Shown: piece by piece, positions 9,473 through 19,656 of the stretch
Position numbering within the stretch: the first letter of the stretch is position 1
Layout: each line of letters begins with the position of its first letter
Assembly: GCA_965216565.1 (NCBI GenBank)
Contig: OZ244170.1
Location: 3,616,001-3,680,000, forward strand
Source: Bythopirellula sp.
GTDB lineage: Bacteria > Planctomycetota > Planctomycetia > Pirellulales > Lacipirellulaceae
Direction: 5' to 3'
Length of the DNA stretch: 64,000 bases
Notes under the pieces: generated by a model
What the model saw: only the letters and a program-made list of their open reading frames with translations
Databases searched by the model: none
What the model was told of the DNA's origin: nothing
Translations under genes and position numbers: made by a program

Positions 9473-10738
9473 CTAGCGAGCCTCGTTGCTGACCAAGGCA
9501 AATAGCTTCGGCTCGTTGGCCGATTCGGCTAGCTGGGTGTCGTCCGCTCCCAGAGTTCCTGCCGGCTCGTTTTGGGCACAGCAGGCGTCGCAGACGGGCA
9601 CTTTCATCATGATCGTTCGCGGCACACGATATGTGTAGGTGACGGGTACTTTACGGCAAACCTTGCGAGAGACATTAACCGTCTCCTGCTTCTCCATCAT
9701 TCGACAAACGCGCACCTCGTAAGGCTCGACCCGTTCCTCCTGCACATAGCGGCATACCGTGTACGGCACCTTGCGGCAACGCTCTTCGGTGACCATCCGG
9801 CAAACACGCACGGGAACCTTACGTTCCACACGCTCGACGACCTGACGACAAACCGAATACGGCACCTTGCGACAACGCTCTTCAGTAACCATGCGGCAAA
9901 CCTGCACAGGAACCTTACGTGTCACTCGTTCTGGCACCATGCGACAGACTTGCACGGGGACCTTCTGGACCACTTCTTGTGGACAGTGTTCGGTAATGGG
10001 CACTTGGCAAGCAACCAAATTTGGCCGCCAAACACGCTGCACCACCTGCTGAGGTGGAGCCTGTACATTAGCCCAGACAAAACCGGGACGCTGATACTGC
10101 AACGTGCCCGAAACTGGATTGACTACCTGGGTTCCAGGCATCCAGGTCAGGCCCCGTCGCGCGGGAGCGGCAGGCTGCACCGCGGCTACCTGATTGACAT
10201 AACAACCGCGGTCGGCATACCGCGTAACATAGCGTGTTACAGGACGCATCACGGTGTAGCGACGCTCTCGACACTCGGTTTCTACGACCTGCCGCATGAC
10301 CGTATAGCACTCTTCACGCTCTGCGGTCTCCCAGACGGGACGTTGCACAGTGTATCGCTCTTCGCGTTCAGCAGTTTCGATGATATTTCGCACACGGTTG
10401 TAGCTGCAGTCACGCATTTGAGTCTCAAAAACAGGTCGCTGGACCGTGTATCGCTCTTCGCGGACGTTCGTTTCATGTACCGGGCGAGTCACTGTATAGC
10501 GGCGCTCACGGCACTCTGTTTCCCACACCGGCACTTTGCGTGTGACTTGCATTTGCTCGCAGACCGTATCCTCAACTAGACGATAGGCGGTCACCTGCCG
10601 TTCTTCGAATACAGTTTGACATTGCACCTGATAAGCGGGCCCACACGTGGCGCACTGCGCCCGTGCTTCCCCTGGAGCTACGATCCCGAACATGCACGCC
10701 AATGCGGCGCACCCTAACAAGCAGCTCGTGCTGTTCAT
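9473..10738 (-). CDS. Secreted Cys-rich YTV-repeat protein
   Basis: Signal peptide from ATG 10738 (ORF track start 10837); 16-aa repeats EERYTVQRPVWETAER and RKVPYTVCRMVTEERC. Confidence 0.85.
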   Translation of the reverse strand: MNSTSCLLGCAALACMFGIVAPGEARAQCATCGPAYQVQCQTVFEERQVTAYRLVEDTVCEQMQVTRKVPVWETECRERRYTVTRPVHETNVREERYTVQRPVFETQMRDCSYNRVRNIIETAEREERYTVQRPVWETAEREECYTVMRQVVETECRERRYTVMRPVTRYVTRYADRGCYVNQVAAVQPAAPARRGLTWMPGTQVVNPVSGTLQYQRPGFVWANVQAPPQQVVQRVWRPNLVACQVPITEHCPQEVVQKVPVQVCRMVPERVTRKVPVQVCRMVTEERCRKVPYSVCRQVVERVERKVPVRVCRMVTEERCRKVPYTVCRYVQEERVEPYEVRVCRMMEKQETVNVSRKVCRKVPVTYTYRVPRTIMMKVPVCDACCAQNEPAGTLGADDTQLAESANEPKLFALVSNEAR

Positions 10739-11100
10739 ACCAATAAACCCCTGCGTGTTTTGATAAGACCGGGCGAAGGTTAAGTGAAATCTGTTCGCCT
10801 GAAAAAGTCCCTCTAGATTAGTGTTGCGGACAAACACCCCGAGGGCAAATTTCCATTGGCACTGAAATTCACTGCTAGCGGCTGGATTCCTACGAACCGC
10901 TAGCGCACGAAATCGTCCGTTTCTCGCACTATTTCAATCTGAACGGGCAAGTGGAGAACGATCAATGGGTCCGACGAACTGAGGAAAGAATTTCCCGATC
11001 GGCACGCGCCACATTCGTCATAATCGTTACAGCTTCACAGAATCTATGCGCTGCAAGCAAGAAAACCAGGGAACTCCATATTTCCCCTTAAGTGGAGCCG

Positions 11101-12171
11101 TCATGGCGAGGCCTTCAATTCCGCAAGTACCTCACGAGCCTGCTCCACCAGAGCTTTCAGGGAGCGGTCGTAATTGTCCCATTCAGGAGCCGTTGCGATG
11201 AATTCCTCGATGGCGGCCGACAGCCGAGGGAGCTCTTCCTCTGGATTCTTCTCGTGAATTGTGCTGGCGCTCTCCAAAGCATTGCGAATTATCGTGTTCC
11301 GCTTATAAGTTTGACGACCCGGCGACTGCTCGCGCGAGACACTTGTTTCAATAGCATCGCGGTCGAGCATCTCGCGAATCGCTCCTAACGACTTGAGACT
11401 CCCCTGTCGTGCTAAAGCTAAGGCAGCGTTGTAGCGAGTGTCTGTATGCAAATCGTCGACTAGCTTTTCTAATTCCGCGGTCAACTGCGCATCGGCTTCG
11501 TCATGCTGGGTAATCACGCCCAATGCGTAAGCCGTCTGCGAGCGGATCAGATCGTCTGGTTGATTGGCCAGTTCCACAAAGGTCTGCACAAGGTCGGGAT
11601 GCTCGGGCGCCACGGGCTCGTCCCCTTCGAGTGCCGTTTGTGCCCGGACGGCAATGGCGTCAATCGCGGCACGTTGGACACCAGGATCAACATCTTCCCG
11701 AGCCGCAGTAAGCAGCTCTTCCAGTCCCTCGGGAACCTTAAAGGCTCCCAGTGCCGAGCAAAGAAACATCCGCAGCTTCACCGAGTTTTCATCCGTCTGT
11801 TCTGCTTCGATTTGCTCCGCCAAGAGTGTGGCCAACTCGCTCGCGAGTTTTTCATTTCTTTTTAGCTTTGGGTACCGCTGTTCGACCCGCAACATATTGG
11901 CCAGTTCATAAGCCTCCTGCCAACGATTCTGATTCGAGCTACGCAGCTTCTCAACCATGGCGGTCGGATCTTCCCCGCTACTGGTGGCCAAGCTCGTCAC
12001 AAGCCACCATACTCCGACGACGAACATCACAATGATAGCCGGCACCACAAACAACTGGATCAAGAATCGCGCATTGGGCGGCTCGACCGGCGGTAGCAAA
12101 GGCTCGTCTGGCAGGGAAGAATTTCCGTCAGTTCCTGGGTTTGCTTCTGAATCAGGTGGGTTGGATGACAT
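11101..12171 (-). CDS. Membrane-anchored HEAT-repeat protein
   Basis: Single TM helix (FVVPAIIVMFVVGVWWLV) then HEAT-like repeats (IRSQTAYALG, TRYNAALALA). Confidence 0.8.
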   Translation of the reverse strand: MSSNPPDSEANPGTDGNSSLPDEPLLPPVEPPNARFLIQLFVVPAIIVMFVVGVWWLVTSLATSSGEDPTAMVEKLRSSNQNRWQEAYELANMLRVEQRYPKLKRNEKLASELATLLAEQIEAEQTDENSVKLRMFLCSALGAFKVPEGLEELLTAAREDVDPGVQRAAIDAIAVRAQTALEGDEPVAPEHPDLVQTFVELANQPDDLIRSQTAYALGVITQHDEADAQLTAELEKLVDDLHTDTRYNAALALARQGSLKSLGAIREMLDRDAIETSVSREQSPGRQTYKRNTIIRNALESASTIHEKNPEEELPRLSAAIEEFIATAPEWDNYDRSLKALVEQAREVLAELKASP

Positions 12172-12303
12172 CGTGCTTGATGGGAGGATGAAAATAGCGT
12201 GGCATGAATTTGGGCGGCTGGGCCGATTGCCCGAACCTCCTAGAGTATCATGTCGGTTGCATCCGGACGAGTACCGCCCCCAGAACCCTCTGGCTCTTTT
12301 GAA

Positions 12304-13035
12304 ATGCTATTGCTAAATCAGACGCTGCCAACCCCTGCGGAGAACCTTGCGCTGGACGAAGCGCTCTTGGAAATGGCGGAGGCTGGTGGACTTCCAGGCG
12401 GCGTGCTGCGGATGTGGGAATCACCCACCTATTTTGTCGTGTTGGGACGCAGTTCCAAGGCCGAGATTGAAATCGACTTGGAAACTTGCCGACGCGAAGG
12501 TGTGCCCATCTATCGCCGACCCAGCGGCGGGGGGACAGTTATCTCCGGACCTGGCTGCATTTCTTATGCGGTGGTTCTAGATTTTGAATCGCTCCCCCAT
12601 CTCCGGGCCATCGACGAAGCGCATCAATATGTCCTAGGCCGAGTCTGCAAGGCACTAGTCAAACTTATGCCAAACATCGCCCGCGCGGGCACCAGCGACT
12701 TGGTCATGACTTCCGACGACGACAGACATCGAAAATTCTCCGGAAACGCGCTCCGCATGAAACGCAACCATTTTCTGTACCACGGAACACTGCTGTACGA
12801 TCTTTCGCTAAAACTAGTCGACCGCCTCTTGGCGACTCCCACGCGTACACCTGAGTATCGGGAGGGTCGAAGTCACGCCGAATTCATCACCAATTTGCCG
12901 CTGGATCGCAACACGATCGAGTCGGCTATGATCGAAGAGTGGGAAGCGAAAGAACCCTTTACCGAGGCACCCTGGCAACGAACTACCGAACTGGCAGACG
13001 AGAAGTATAATGAGCTGCCCAACCCTGCCCAATAA
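12304..13035 (+). CDS. lplA: Lipoate-protein ligase A family protein
   Basis: NLALDEALL, RRPSGGGTV, KFSGNA and HGTLLY motifs. Confidence 0.85.
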   Translation: MLLLNQTLPTPAENLALDEALLEMAEAGGLPGGVLRMWESPTYFVVLGRSSKAEIEIDLETCRREGVPIYRRPSGGGTVISGPGCISYAVVLDFESLPHLRAIDEAHQYVLGRVCKALVKLMPNIARAGTSDLVMTSDDDRHRKFSGNALRMKRNHFLYHGTLLYDLSLKLVDRLLATPTRTPEYREGRSHAEFITNLPLDRNTIESAMIEEWEAKEPFTEAPWQRTTELADEKYNELPNPAQ

Positions 13036-13065
13036 TTATGATTCACAGGGGGCCAACGGCTCACA

Positions 13066-13635
13066 ATGCATCGCCAACCGCTGCAAACAATGCTTGACCT
13101 CTACGCGGACTCCTACCGCGACGAACTAGAAATGGTCGATCGCATTCGGCGATTGGTCACGGCTCACGACGATTGCTTCGAGCGGACTTGTCGGCCTGGA
13201 CACATCACGGGCTCGGCGTGGATTCTGTCTCATGATCGTACGCAGTGTTTGTTGGTACACCATCGCAAGCTCAATCGCTGGTTGCAACCGGGAGGCCACG
13301 CGGACGGCCAAACCGACGTAGCGGATGTTGCGCTTCGCGAAGCCGAGGAGGAGACCGGTCTCACAAAGCTGGAATTGGCACTGAGCAGTGGGCAGGTCGT
13401 GCCATTGGACGTCGATGTGCATCTGATTCCTGCACGCCTGGATGAACTGGGAAACGAAATTGAATCCGCCCACGAGCATCACGACATTCGATTCTTGCTT
13501 GTTGCTGAACCCGACCAACCGCTGGTTCTCAGCGATGAGTCTCACGATCTACGCTGGTTTTCCAAGGATGAGTTGCTAGAGGCCACAGATGAGGAGAGCG
13601 TGCTTCGTATGCAGCGTAAGGCAGGGCCGCGGTGA
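13066..13635 (+). CDS. NUDIX hydrolase
   Basis: Nudix box PGGHADG...ALREAEEETGL; GHITGS and HHDIRF motifs. Confidence 0.9.
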   Translation: MHRQPLQTMLDLYADSYRDELEMVDRIRRLVTAHDDCFERTCRPGHITGSAWILSHDRTQCLLVHHRKLNRWLQPGGHADGQTDVADVALREAEEETGLTKLELALSSGQVVPLDVDVHLIPARLDELGNEIESAHEHHDIRFLLVAEPDQPLVLSDESHDLRWFSKDELLEATDEESVLRMQRKAGPR

Positions 13636-13745
13636 GCAAAACGCCGCCGCTTCTCAACTGCCCATTGCCGTGTTAATTTAGTTGTTGAAAATACAGGCTT
13701 GATTGCAAAGCCCATTCCCTCAGCATTAGCCCCTACAGAAAACCT

Positions 13746-14189
13746 ATGTCCACCGGATTCGGTCTCACCAAGATTAGCCGCGACGAACTCCCAGAAGGCG
13801 AAGTGCTGTGCGAGTATTGCACCGCCAAGTGCTGCCGCTACTTCGCCCTACCTATCGAAACGCCGGAGGACTATGGCGACTTCGAATACATCCGTTGGTA
13901 CCTTCTCCACGATCGAGCTAGTATTTTTAAGGAAGACGACGATTGGTATCTGCTGGTGCACACCACCTGCAAGCATCTGGGTGAAAATAATATGTGTGGC
14001 ATCTACGAGACGCGCCCGCAAATTTGCCGCGACTACACAACTAAGAATTGTGAGTACGAAGACGAGTGGACCTACGAGTTCTATCTAGAAACGCCAGAGC
14101 AGGTCCACGATTACACCGAAGCCGTGGTACAGCCCAAAGGAAAAAGCATTCGCAGTCGCAAGCCCGAGTTGTTGCCGGTGATTGGCTGA
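13746..14189 (+). CDS. YkgJ-family cysteine cluster (CxxCxxCC) protein
   Basis: CEYCTAKCC, CKHL and CGIYETRPQICR motifs. Confidence 0.9.
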   Translation: MSTGFGLTKISRDELPEGEVLCEYCTAKCCRYFALPIETPEDYGDFEYIRWYLLHDRASIFKEDDDWYLLVHTTCKHLGENNMCGIYETRPQICRDYTTKNCEYEDEWTYEFYLETPEQVHDYTEAVVQPKGKSIRSRKPELLPVIG

Positions 14190-14315
14190 TCGTTGTCAGT
14201 CGACTGTAGGCCGTAGGCAGTAGCCAGTTGTGAGCACTCCACGGCTTGGATTTATCTGCGTCGCTCCTTAAGCACACTTCAACATTCAAACTTCACTCAT
14301 CGAACTTCTCCCCGC

Positions 14316-15653
14316 ATGGCTGATCGAATCAAACCCCGCACGCTCAAGGGATTTAGGGACTATCCACCCGCGGCAATGATTCCGCGCGAGGCGATCATCG
14401 AGACGGCTCGTCGGGTGTATCGCTCCTATGGGTTCAGCCCGATCGATACGCCGGCGCTCGAACACCTGGAGATTCTCACTGGCAAGGGCAGCGAAGAGAC
14501 CGATAAACAGCTTTATCGGTTCGAAGACCACGGTGGTCGCCAAGTGGGCCTGCGATTCGATTTGACGGTGCCTCTTGCTCGTTTTGTCTCGCAACACATT
14601 CAAGATCTGGGGACGCCTTTCAAGCGCTATCAGATCGCCACAGTGTGGCGCGGCGAGAACACCCAACGCGGTCGTTATCGCGAGTTCATGCAGTGCGACT
14701 TCGATACCATCGGCACTACGAGCACCACCGCTGACATCGAAACCGTGCTGATTGTGAACGATCTACTGGTGGCGATTGGTTTCAACGAGTTCACGATCCG
14801 GGTCAACAACCGACTGGTCCTCAATGGTCTATTGGAAAAAGAGGGACTCTCCGACAAGAGCGGCGCCGTCCTGAGGGCATTGGATAAACTCGGAAAGATC
14901 GGCCCGGAAGGGGTCACCAAAGAGCTGACTGATAAAGTGGGAACCTCCGCCGACCAAGCCGAAAATGTTCTGCAATTGGCGAACCTCACTGGCACGAATG
15001 CCGAGATGCTCGAGGCATTGAAGCCGCTGCTGGGAGACAACGAGACAGGTGGGCGCGGTTTAGCGCAGCTTACAGAATTGATTGAAGCAGTCTCTGCGGC
15101 AGGTGTCCCAGCCGAACGGGTGCAGCTAGATGTCTCGATCGCTCGCGGGCTGGACTACTACACCGGCATGGTGATCGAAACGTTTCTTGGCGAACTCCCA
15201 GAAATCGGTAGCGTCTGCAGTGGCGGCCGTTACGACAATTTGGCGGAGCTCTACACCAGTCAACAATTGCCCGGCGTGGGGGCTTCGCTAGGGTTAGATC
15301 GATTGCTGGCAGCCATGGAAGAGCTGGGCCGTATCGAACCGAAGCAGACTCCCGCAGAAGTTTTTGTTCCGCTGTTCGTCGCCGAGCGGAGGGACGATTA
15401 TTTGCGACTGGCCTCGCAACTGCGTAACGCTGGGCTGGGCGTTGAACTCTATCCCGAAGCGAAAAAATTGGGCAAGCAATTGCAATATGCCAACCGCCGT
15501 GGATTTCCGATCGCATTAGTTCTAGGTGATGAGGAATTCTCCGCAGGTAAATGCCAGGTCAAGAATCTTACGACCGGCGAAAGCACCACGGTCGTTTTGG
15601 AAGACGATGTCTCTGCGATTGCGGCAGAAATCCGCGGCCAATTGGCCCTGTGA
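14316..15653 (+). CDS. hisS: Histidine--tRNA ligase
   Basis: KGFRD, LRFDLTVP, RGRYREFMQCDFD, RGLDYYTG, GGRYD and GLDR motifs plus an anticodon-binding domain. Confidence 0.97.
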   Translation: MADRIKPRTLKGFRDYPPAAMIPREAIIETARRVYRSYGFSPIDTPALEHLEILTGKGSEETDKQLYRFEDHGGRQVGLRFDLTVPLARFVSQHIQDLGTPFKRYQIATVWRGENTQRGRYREFMQCDFDTIGTTSTTADIETVLIVNDLLVAIGFNEFTIRVNNRLVLNGLLEKEGLSDKSGAVLRALDKLGKIGPEGVTKELTDKVGTSADQAENVLQLANLTGTNAEMLEALKPLLGDNETGGRGLAQLTELIEAVSAAGVPAERVQLDVSIARGLDYYTGMVIETFLGELPEIGSVCSGGRYDNLAELYTSQQLPGVGASLGLDRLLAAMEELGRIEPKQTPAEVFVPLFVAERRDDYLRLASQLRNAGLGVELYPEAKKLGKQLQYANRRGFPIALVLGDEEFSAGKCQVKNLTTGESTTVVLEDDVSAIAAEIRGQLAL

Positions 15654-15778
15654 TCCGAGAAGTGTGACAAGCACTTGTCACCGCAAGTCCAGCATTCTCT
15701 ATGAGGTGTTTCCCCCGCCTCCACTAAAATCAAGCCGGCCCCTCTGTGATTTCCGATCCATGTTTTGCCCCCTGCTCC

Positions 15779-16360
15779 ATGAGCCCTTCCCCAGTGACCA
15801 AGCGCAGCAATCACTACGAATCGGCGTTCGAAGGCTATCTCCGCAAGCACAAGATCGCCTACGTGGCGGTCGACGAAAAACGACGGAGCGTCGTATCGCA
15901 AGGCTCGGGGACACTTAAGAATCTCGATTTCATCGTCTCGCCCAGCGATTCAGTTTCACTTCCGATCGACATCAAAGGGCGTCGCTTCCCTTCTGGCACG
16001 AAGAACAAACAATATTGGCGGAACTGGTCGACTTGGGACGACCTAGATAGTCTCGCTCGCTGGCAAGAGAAACTCAGCCCCGGCAGTTGCGGCCTGTTGG
16101 TTTTTGCCTTCGACGTGGTCGGTAGTCGTTCACCGATTGAAGTGGAAAGGCTTTTTCCATTCCGCGACCGCTGGTACGCGTTTCTGGCCGTTCGGGTGGC
16201 TGACTACATTCAGTTCTCTCGACCGCTCTCCGCCAAGTGGAACACCGTGGCCATGCCTGTCCCGCTGTTTCGGCAGGCCGCTTTTCCTTTTGACGACATT
16301 CTGCAGGGGGAATCCTGCCATGGGAAACTGCCGGTCGACTCGCTCCATACCAGCGATTAA
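15779..16360 (+). CDS. HYExAFE family protein (PD-(D/E)XK-like)
   Basis: NHYESAFEGYLR signature; LDFIV...DIKGR. Start uncertain (ORF track 15746). Confidence 0.85.
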   Translation: MSPSPVTKRSNHYESAFEGYLRKHKIAYVAVDEKRRSVVSQGSGTLKNLDFIVSPSDSVSLPIDIKGRRFPSGTKNKQYWRNWSTWDDLDSLARWQEKLSPGSCGLLVFAFDVVGSRSPIEVERLFPFRDRWYAFLAVRVADYIQFSRPLSAKWNTVAMPVPLFRQAAFPFDDILQGESCHGKLPVDSLHTSD

Positions 16361-16534
16361 ACTAGAGACAGCTGATTGACCGCTGTCTCTACCAAGAAAG
16401 AACTAACCTATGGCTTGGGCCGTCGTCCTACTCTGTATTATTCTTGGCTCGTTTAGCGCGCTGCGTTCAAGCGGGCGAAAGACGGACTTCCGTCGCACCA
16501 AAGAAATCGATTAGTCGGCTGAGCAAGAATCAGC

Positions 16535-17713
16535 CTACGCCGCGCGATGCTCTGCTTTGTTCGCGGCTAGCTGTCCGACGAACTCTGCGATGGCAGCGAC
16601 CGTGTGGTCGAATTCCTCACAAGTTAGCTCGGCAAAGATGGGCAGGCTCAGCACTTCTCTTGCCGCTTGCTCAGTGACGGGCAAGCTACCCGCCTCATAG
16701 CCCAACTCTTGGTAGCAAGCCTGCAGGTGCAACGGCACAGGATAGTAGATGGCCGAGCCGATTTTGCGTTCCGCCAAGAATTGCTGCAATTGGTCGCGCT
16801 GACCATGTGGCACGCGGACGGTGTACTGATTCCACACGGACTCGTGGACCGAGTCAACCTGAGGTACACCCAGATGTCCGTCGACGCCCAGTCGTTTGAA
16901 TTCTTCCGCATAGCGATCTGCATTTTGCCGTCGTCCCTCGGCCCAGGCATCGAGATGTTGCAACTTGACGCCCAGCACAGCCGCTTGCAAAGAATCGAGC
17001 CGACTGTTGACGCCAACCATGTGATGATAGTAACGGGGGCTCTGTCCGTGATCGCGAAGTACCCGCAGCTTATCCGCCAGTTGCTCGTCGCTGGTGGTAA
17101 TGATTCCACCGTCGCCAAATGCCCCAAGATTCTTTGTCGGATAAAAGGAAAAGCAACCCAACTGGCCTAAGGAACCGGCAGGCCGTCCTTGGTACTTGGC
17201 ACCGATGGCTTGGGCGGCGTCTTCGATAATTGGTAAGTCGCCTGTTACCGCGGAGAGGCCCTCCATGTCGACCGTTTGACCGAACAAGTGCACCGGCATG
17301 ATGGCCTTGGTCGCGAGCGTGATTTTCCGTTCGACATCTGCCGGATCGATGTTGAAACTGTCTGGCAAGATATCGGCAAACACCGGCTTCGCGCCGAGTC
17401 GCCAGACCGCACCAGCTGTTGCAAAAAACGTGAAGCTAGGAATGATCACCTCGTCGCCGGGGCCAATTTCCAACGCCATCAACGCAAGTAGCAACGCGTC
17501 GCTCCCCGATGCACATCCAATTGCAAACTTGGTGTCGCAGTAGTCAGCCATAGCGGCTTCGAAATCGCGACAAGCAGGCCCATGCACGAATGCACCCGAC
17601 TCAATCACTTCGCCAATAGCCGCTTCAATCTCAGTACGCAGTGGAGCGTTCTGACGCTTGACATCTAACATCGGGACAGGTGAACTAGTGGGGCGATCAG
17701 TTCCGGCAGTCAT
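16535..17713 (-). CDS. DegT/DnrJ/EryC1/StrS PLP-dependent aminotransferase
   Basis: SGSDAL, EDAAQAIGA, SFYPTKNLGAFGDGG and GVNSRLD motifs. Confidence 0.95.
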   Translation of the reverse strand: MTAGTDRPTSSPVPMLDVKRQNAPLRTEIEAAIGEVIESGAFVHGPACRDFEAAMADYCDTKFAIGCASGSDALLLALMALEIGPGDEVIIPSFTFFATAGAVWRLGAKPVFADILPDSFNIDPADVERKITLATKAIMPVHLFGQTVDMEGLSAVTGDLPIIEDAAQAIGAKYQGRPAGSLGQLGCFSFYPTKNLGAFGDGGIITTSDEQLADKLRVLRDHGQSPRYYHHMVGVNSRLDSLQAAVLGVKLQHLDAWAEGRRQNADRYAEEFKRLGVDGHLGVPQVDSVHESVWNQYTVRVPHGQRDQLQQFLAERKIGSAIYYPVPLHLQACYQELGYEAGSLPVTEQAAREVLSLPIFAELTCEEFDHTVAAIAEFVGQLAANKAEHRAA

Positions 17714-17932
17714 AGATTCTCTCGGCTCAATTGCTTGGCAAAAGGGACTCGGGGCACAGGGTGCATGGAAGTCGGGAGAGAATAGCAATTTCGCCTATTC
17801 AGGCAAGCTCAGTCAGCCGCCAACCGCCGCCGCACAACAATAAGTCCGTTGCAGAGAGTGCTAGCAGTGGCCATAATCTTGGCGAAACGTTCACGTACCT
17901 ACCAAATTCTCCCACGCCCCGGAGTTAGCGCG

Positions 17933-18520
17933 ATGTATATTCGCCCCGTAAGTCATAGTTTTCTCTCTGCAATGGTTGCGCTTTACATAGCTGTTGCCGC
18001 CTCGCACTCAACAGCTCACGAGCATGAAGAGGCACACACGGATGCCTATGAAGTGCTCAAGCAGGATGTTGGCACATGGGAGACCGAAACCTCCATCTGG
18101 ACCGCACCCGGGGCCGAGCCCTTGGTTAGCCGAGGCAAAGAGAAAAGCTATATGCTGGGGAAATTTTGGTTAGTCTACGAATTCGAGGGTTCTATGGCTG
18201 GCCAATCCTTTTCCGGGTCTGGAAATCTTGGCTATGACGCGAAGAGAAAAAAGTACATCGGCACTTGGGTAGAGAGCACTAGCCCCAACTTGGGACTGCA
18301 CGAAGGCACCTGGGACGAAGCGACAAATTCGTTCACTATGTACTCCGTCGCTCGCGACCCATCAGCCCAGCCCGAAAAGGCCCATAAGATGGTTAGCACC
18401 TACCAAGACAAGGACCACCGCAAATTTGTGATGTACGAACAGATGCCGGGCGAAACCGACGAGTGGCGTAAGATGATGGAAATCAAATACACACGTCGTC
18501 AGCAAGACAAAGACGAATAA
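17933..18520 (+). CDS. DUF1579-family secreted protein
   Basis: Signal-like N-terminus; L...VGTW, FSGSG..GYD...KKYIGTW, MEIKYTR. Confidence 0.8.
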   Translation: MYIRPVSHSFLSAMVALYIAVAASHSTAHEHEEAHTDAYEVLKQDVGTWETETSIWTAPGAEPLVSRGKEKSYMLGKFWLVYEFEGSMAGQSFSGSGNLGYDAKRKKYIGTWVESTSPNLGLHEGTWDEATNSFTMYSVARDPSAQPEKAHKMVSTYQDKDHRKFVMYEQMPGETDEWRKMMEIKYTRRQQDKDE

Positions 18521-18575
18521 TCGTTGCACCGCCAGGCCACGGCACATAGGCTCGACGGGAAGTAACAGAGTGGAG

Positions 18576-19517
18576 TTACTGCCGGAATTTCTCGAGCTGA
18601 GCGACTGCCAGTTCAGCAAGCTGCGGCGTATCTTGATATCGATCCGCCATCCGCTTAAGCAACGCTGTGGCTTTCGCTTGCTCTTTGGGTTCGCCCGAGT
18701 TTAACAGGTTTGTTGCCCGATCGAGCTCGCGTGCCCGTTGATAGAGTGTGCGTGTTTCTTTCGAGCGAGTGAATTTCCTCTCGGCAATTTTTAAGTCCTT
18801 CTCCACGGTCGGCCACCGGGAGAGAACTCGTTTGGCCCGAGCCAGGTTAAGTGCCTGCTCCGTGGGGCTGGCGGAGGAAGAGTCGCTTCCCAAATCCTCT
18901 GCAAACTTCTCGGCATGTCGGCCGATCTGCCCTAGCAACGAATCTAGCTCCTTGCCTTCCTGGGTCAGTTGCAGGACGTGGCCCCGATTCTCCACCGAGA
19001 CTAGCACCGATTCTAAGCGTTCGATCGCCTCCAAAAGCTGCTCGTCTTCGAGCAACTGCTTTGCCTGGGTGGTGAGTTCTTCAATCTTCTCCCACTGTTG
19101 CTCGGTGGGCAATCTTCCTGCCTTGACCAGCGAAGCGATCATCAATTCCTCCAACCGTTTTGTGGGCAGCGAGCCCGTCTTGGCATACAAGGCCTCGCCG
19201 GCGGGCGTCACGATGTAGAGCGCCGGGATTGCGGATCGTTTACGCGGGAAAAACTTTTTCCACATTTGAAAATCGCGACTAGAAACATCCATCTTGAGAG
19301 GGACGAACTCTGCGATCAGCGGTTGCAGCTTCTCTTCCCCTTGCAACCGTTTCATCAAAGTCACGCAATGCGGGCAACTGGTCGCTCCGGCCACTGCAAA
19401 GATGGGTCGTCCCGTACTCTGTGCTTCTTGAACAGCACGCGCTACGGACTGCGCTAATCCATAGTTAGCCGAGAACACAACTGCCAATAGAACGACCGCT
19501 GATAAGAGTGGCTTCAT
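18576..19517 (-). CDS. Secreted thioredoxin-fold protein with helical C-terminus
   Basis: Signal peptide, CPHC motif and AIP cis-Pro loop. Confidence 0.8.
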   Translation of the reverse strand: MKPLLSAVVLLAVVFSANYGLAQSVARAVQEAQSTGRPIFAVAGATSCPHCVTLMKRLQGEEKLQPLIAEFVPLKMDVSSRDFQMWKKFFPRKRSAIPALYIVTPAGEALYAKTGSLPTKRLEELMIASLVKAGRLPTEQQWEKIEELTTQAKQLLEDEQLLEAIERLESVLVSVENRGHVLQLTQEGKELDSLLGQIGRHAEKFAEDLGSDSSSASPTEQALNLARAKRVLSRWPTVEKDLKIAERKFTRSKETRTLYQRARELDRATNLLNSGEPKEQAKATALLKRMADRYQDTPQLAELAVAQLEKFRQ

Positions 19518-19656
19518 CGCTAGGACTCCCCAGGAGCCAACTTAGAAAGTAAACCAATAAGAAGAGCACCTCTATTGGCCGCCCCAACCTGCTCAGGCTC
19601 CAGAGCGTAATTGTCCTCCAGATCGAGGGCATATGCAACTGGCCGGTTTACCCCAT

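Noticed and set aside
9700..10520. 48-bp periodic DNA repeats that could suggest a CRISPR array
   Set aside because: They are degenerate coding repeats with no constant repeat/unique spacer structure, and no cas genes are present.
9572..10579. 335-aa His/Thr-rich repeat ORF on the plus strand
   Set aside because: Antisense shadow of the YTV repeat gene.
10874..10904. GCTAGCGG...CCGCTAGC hairpin upstream of the YTV gene as a possible riboswitch
   Set aside because: No recognisable aptamer consensus.
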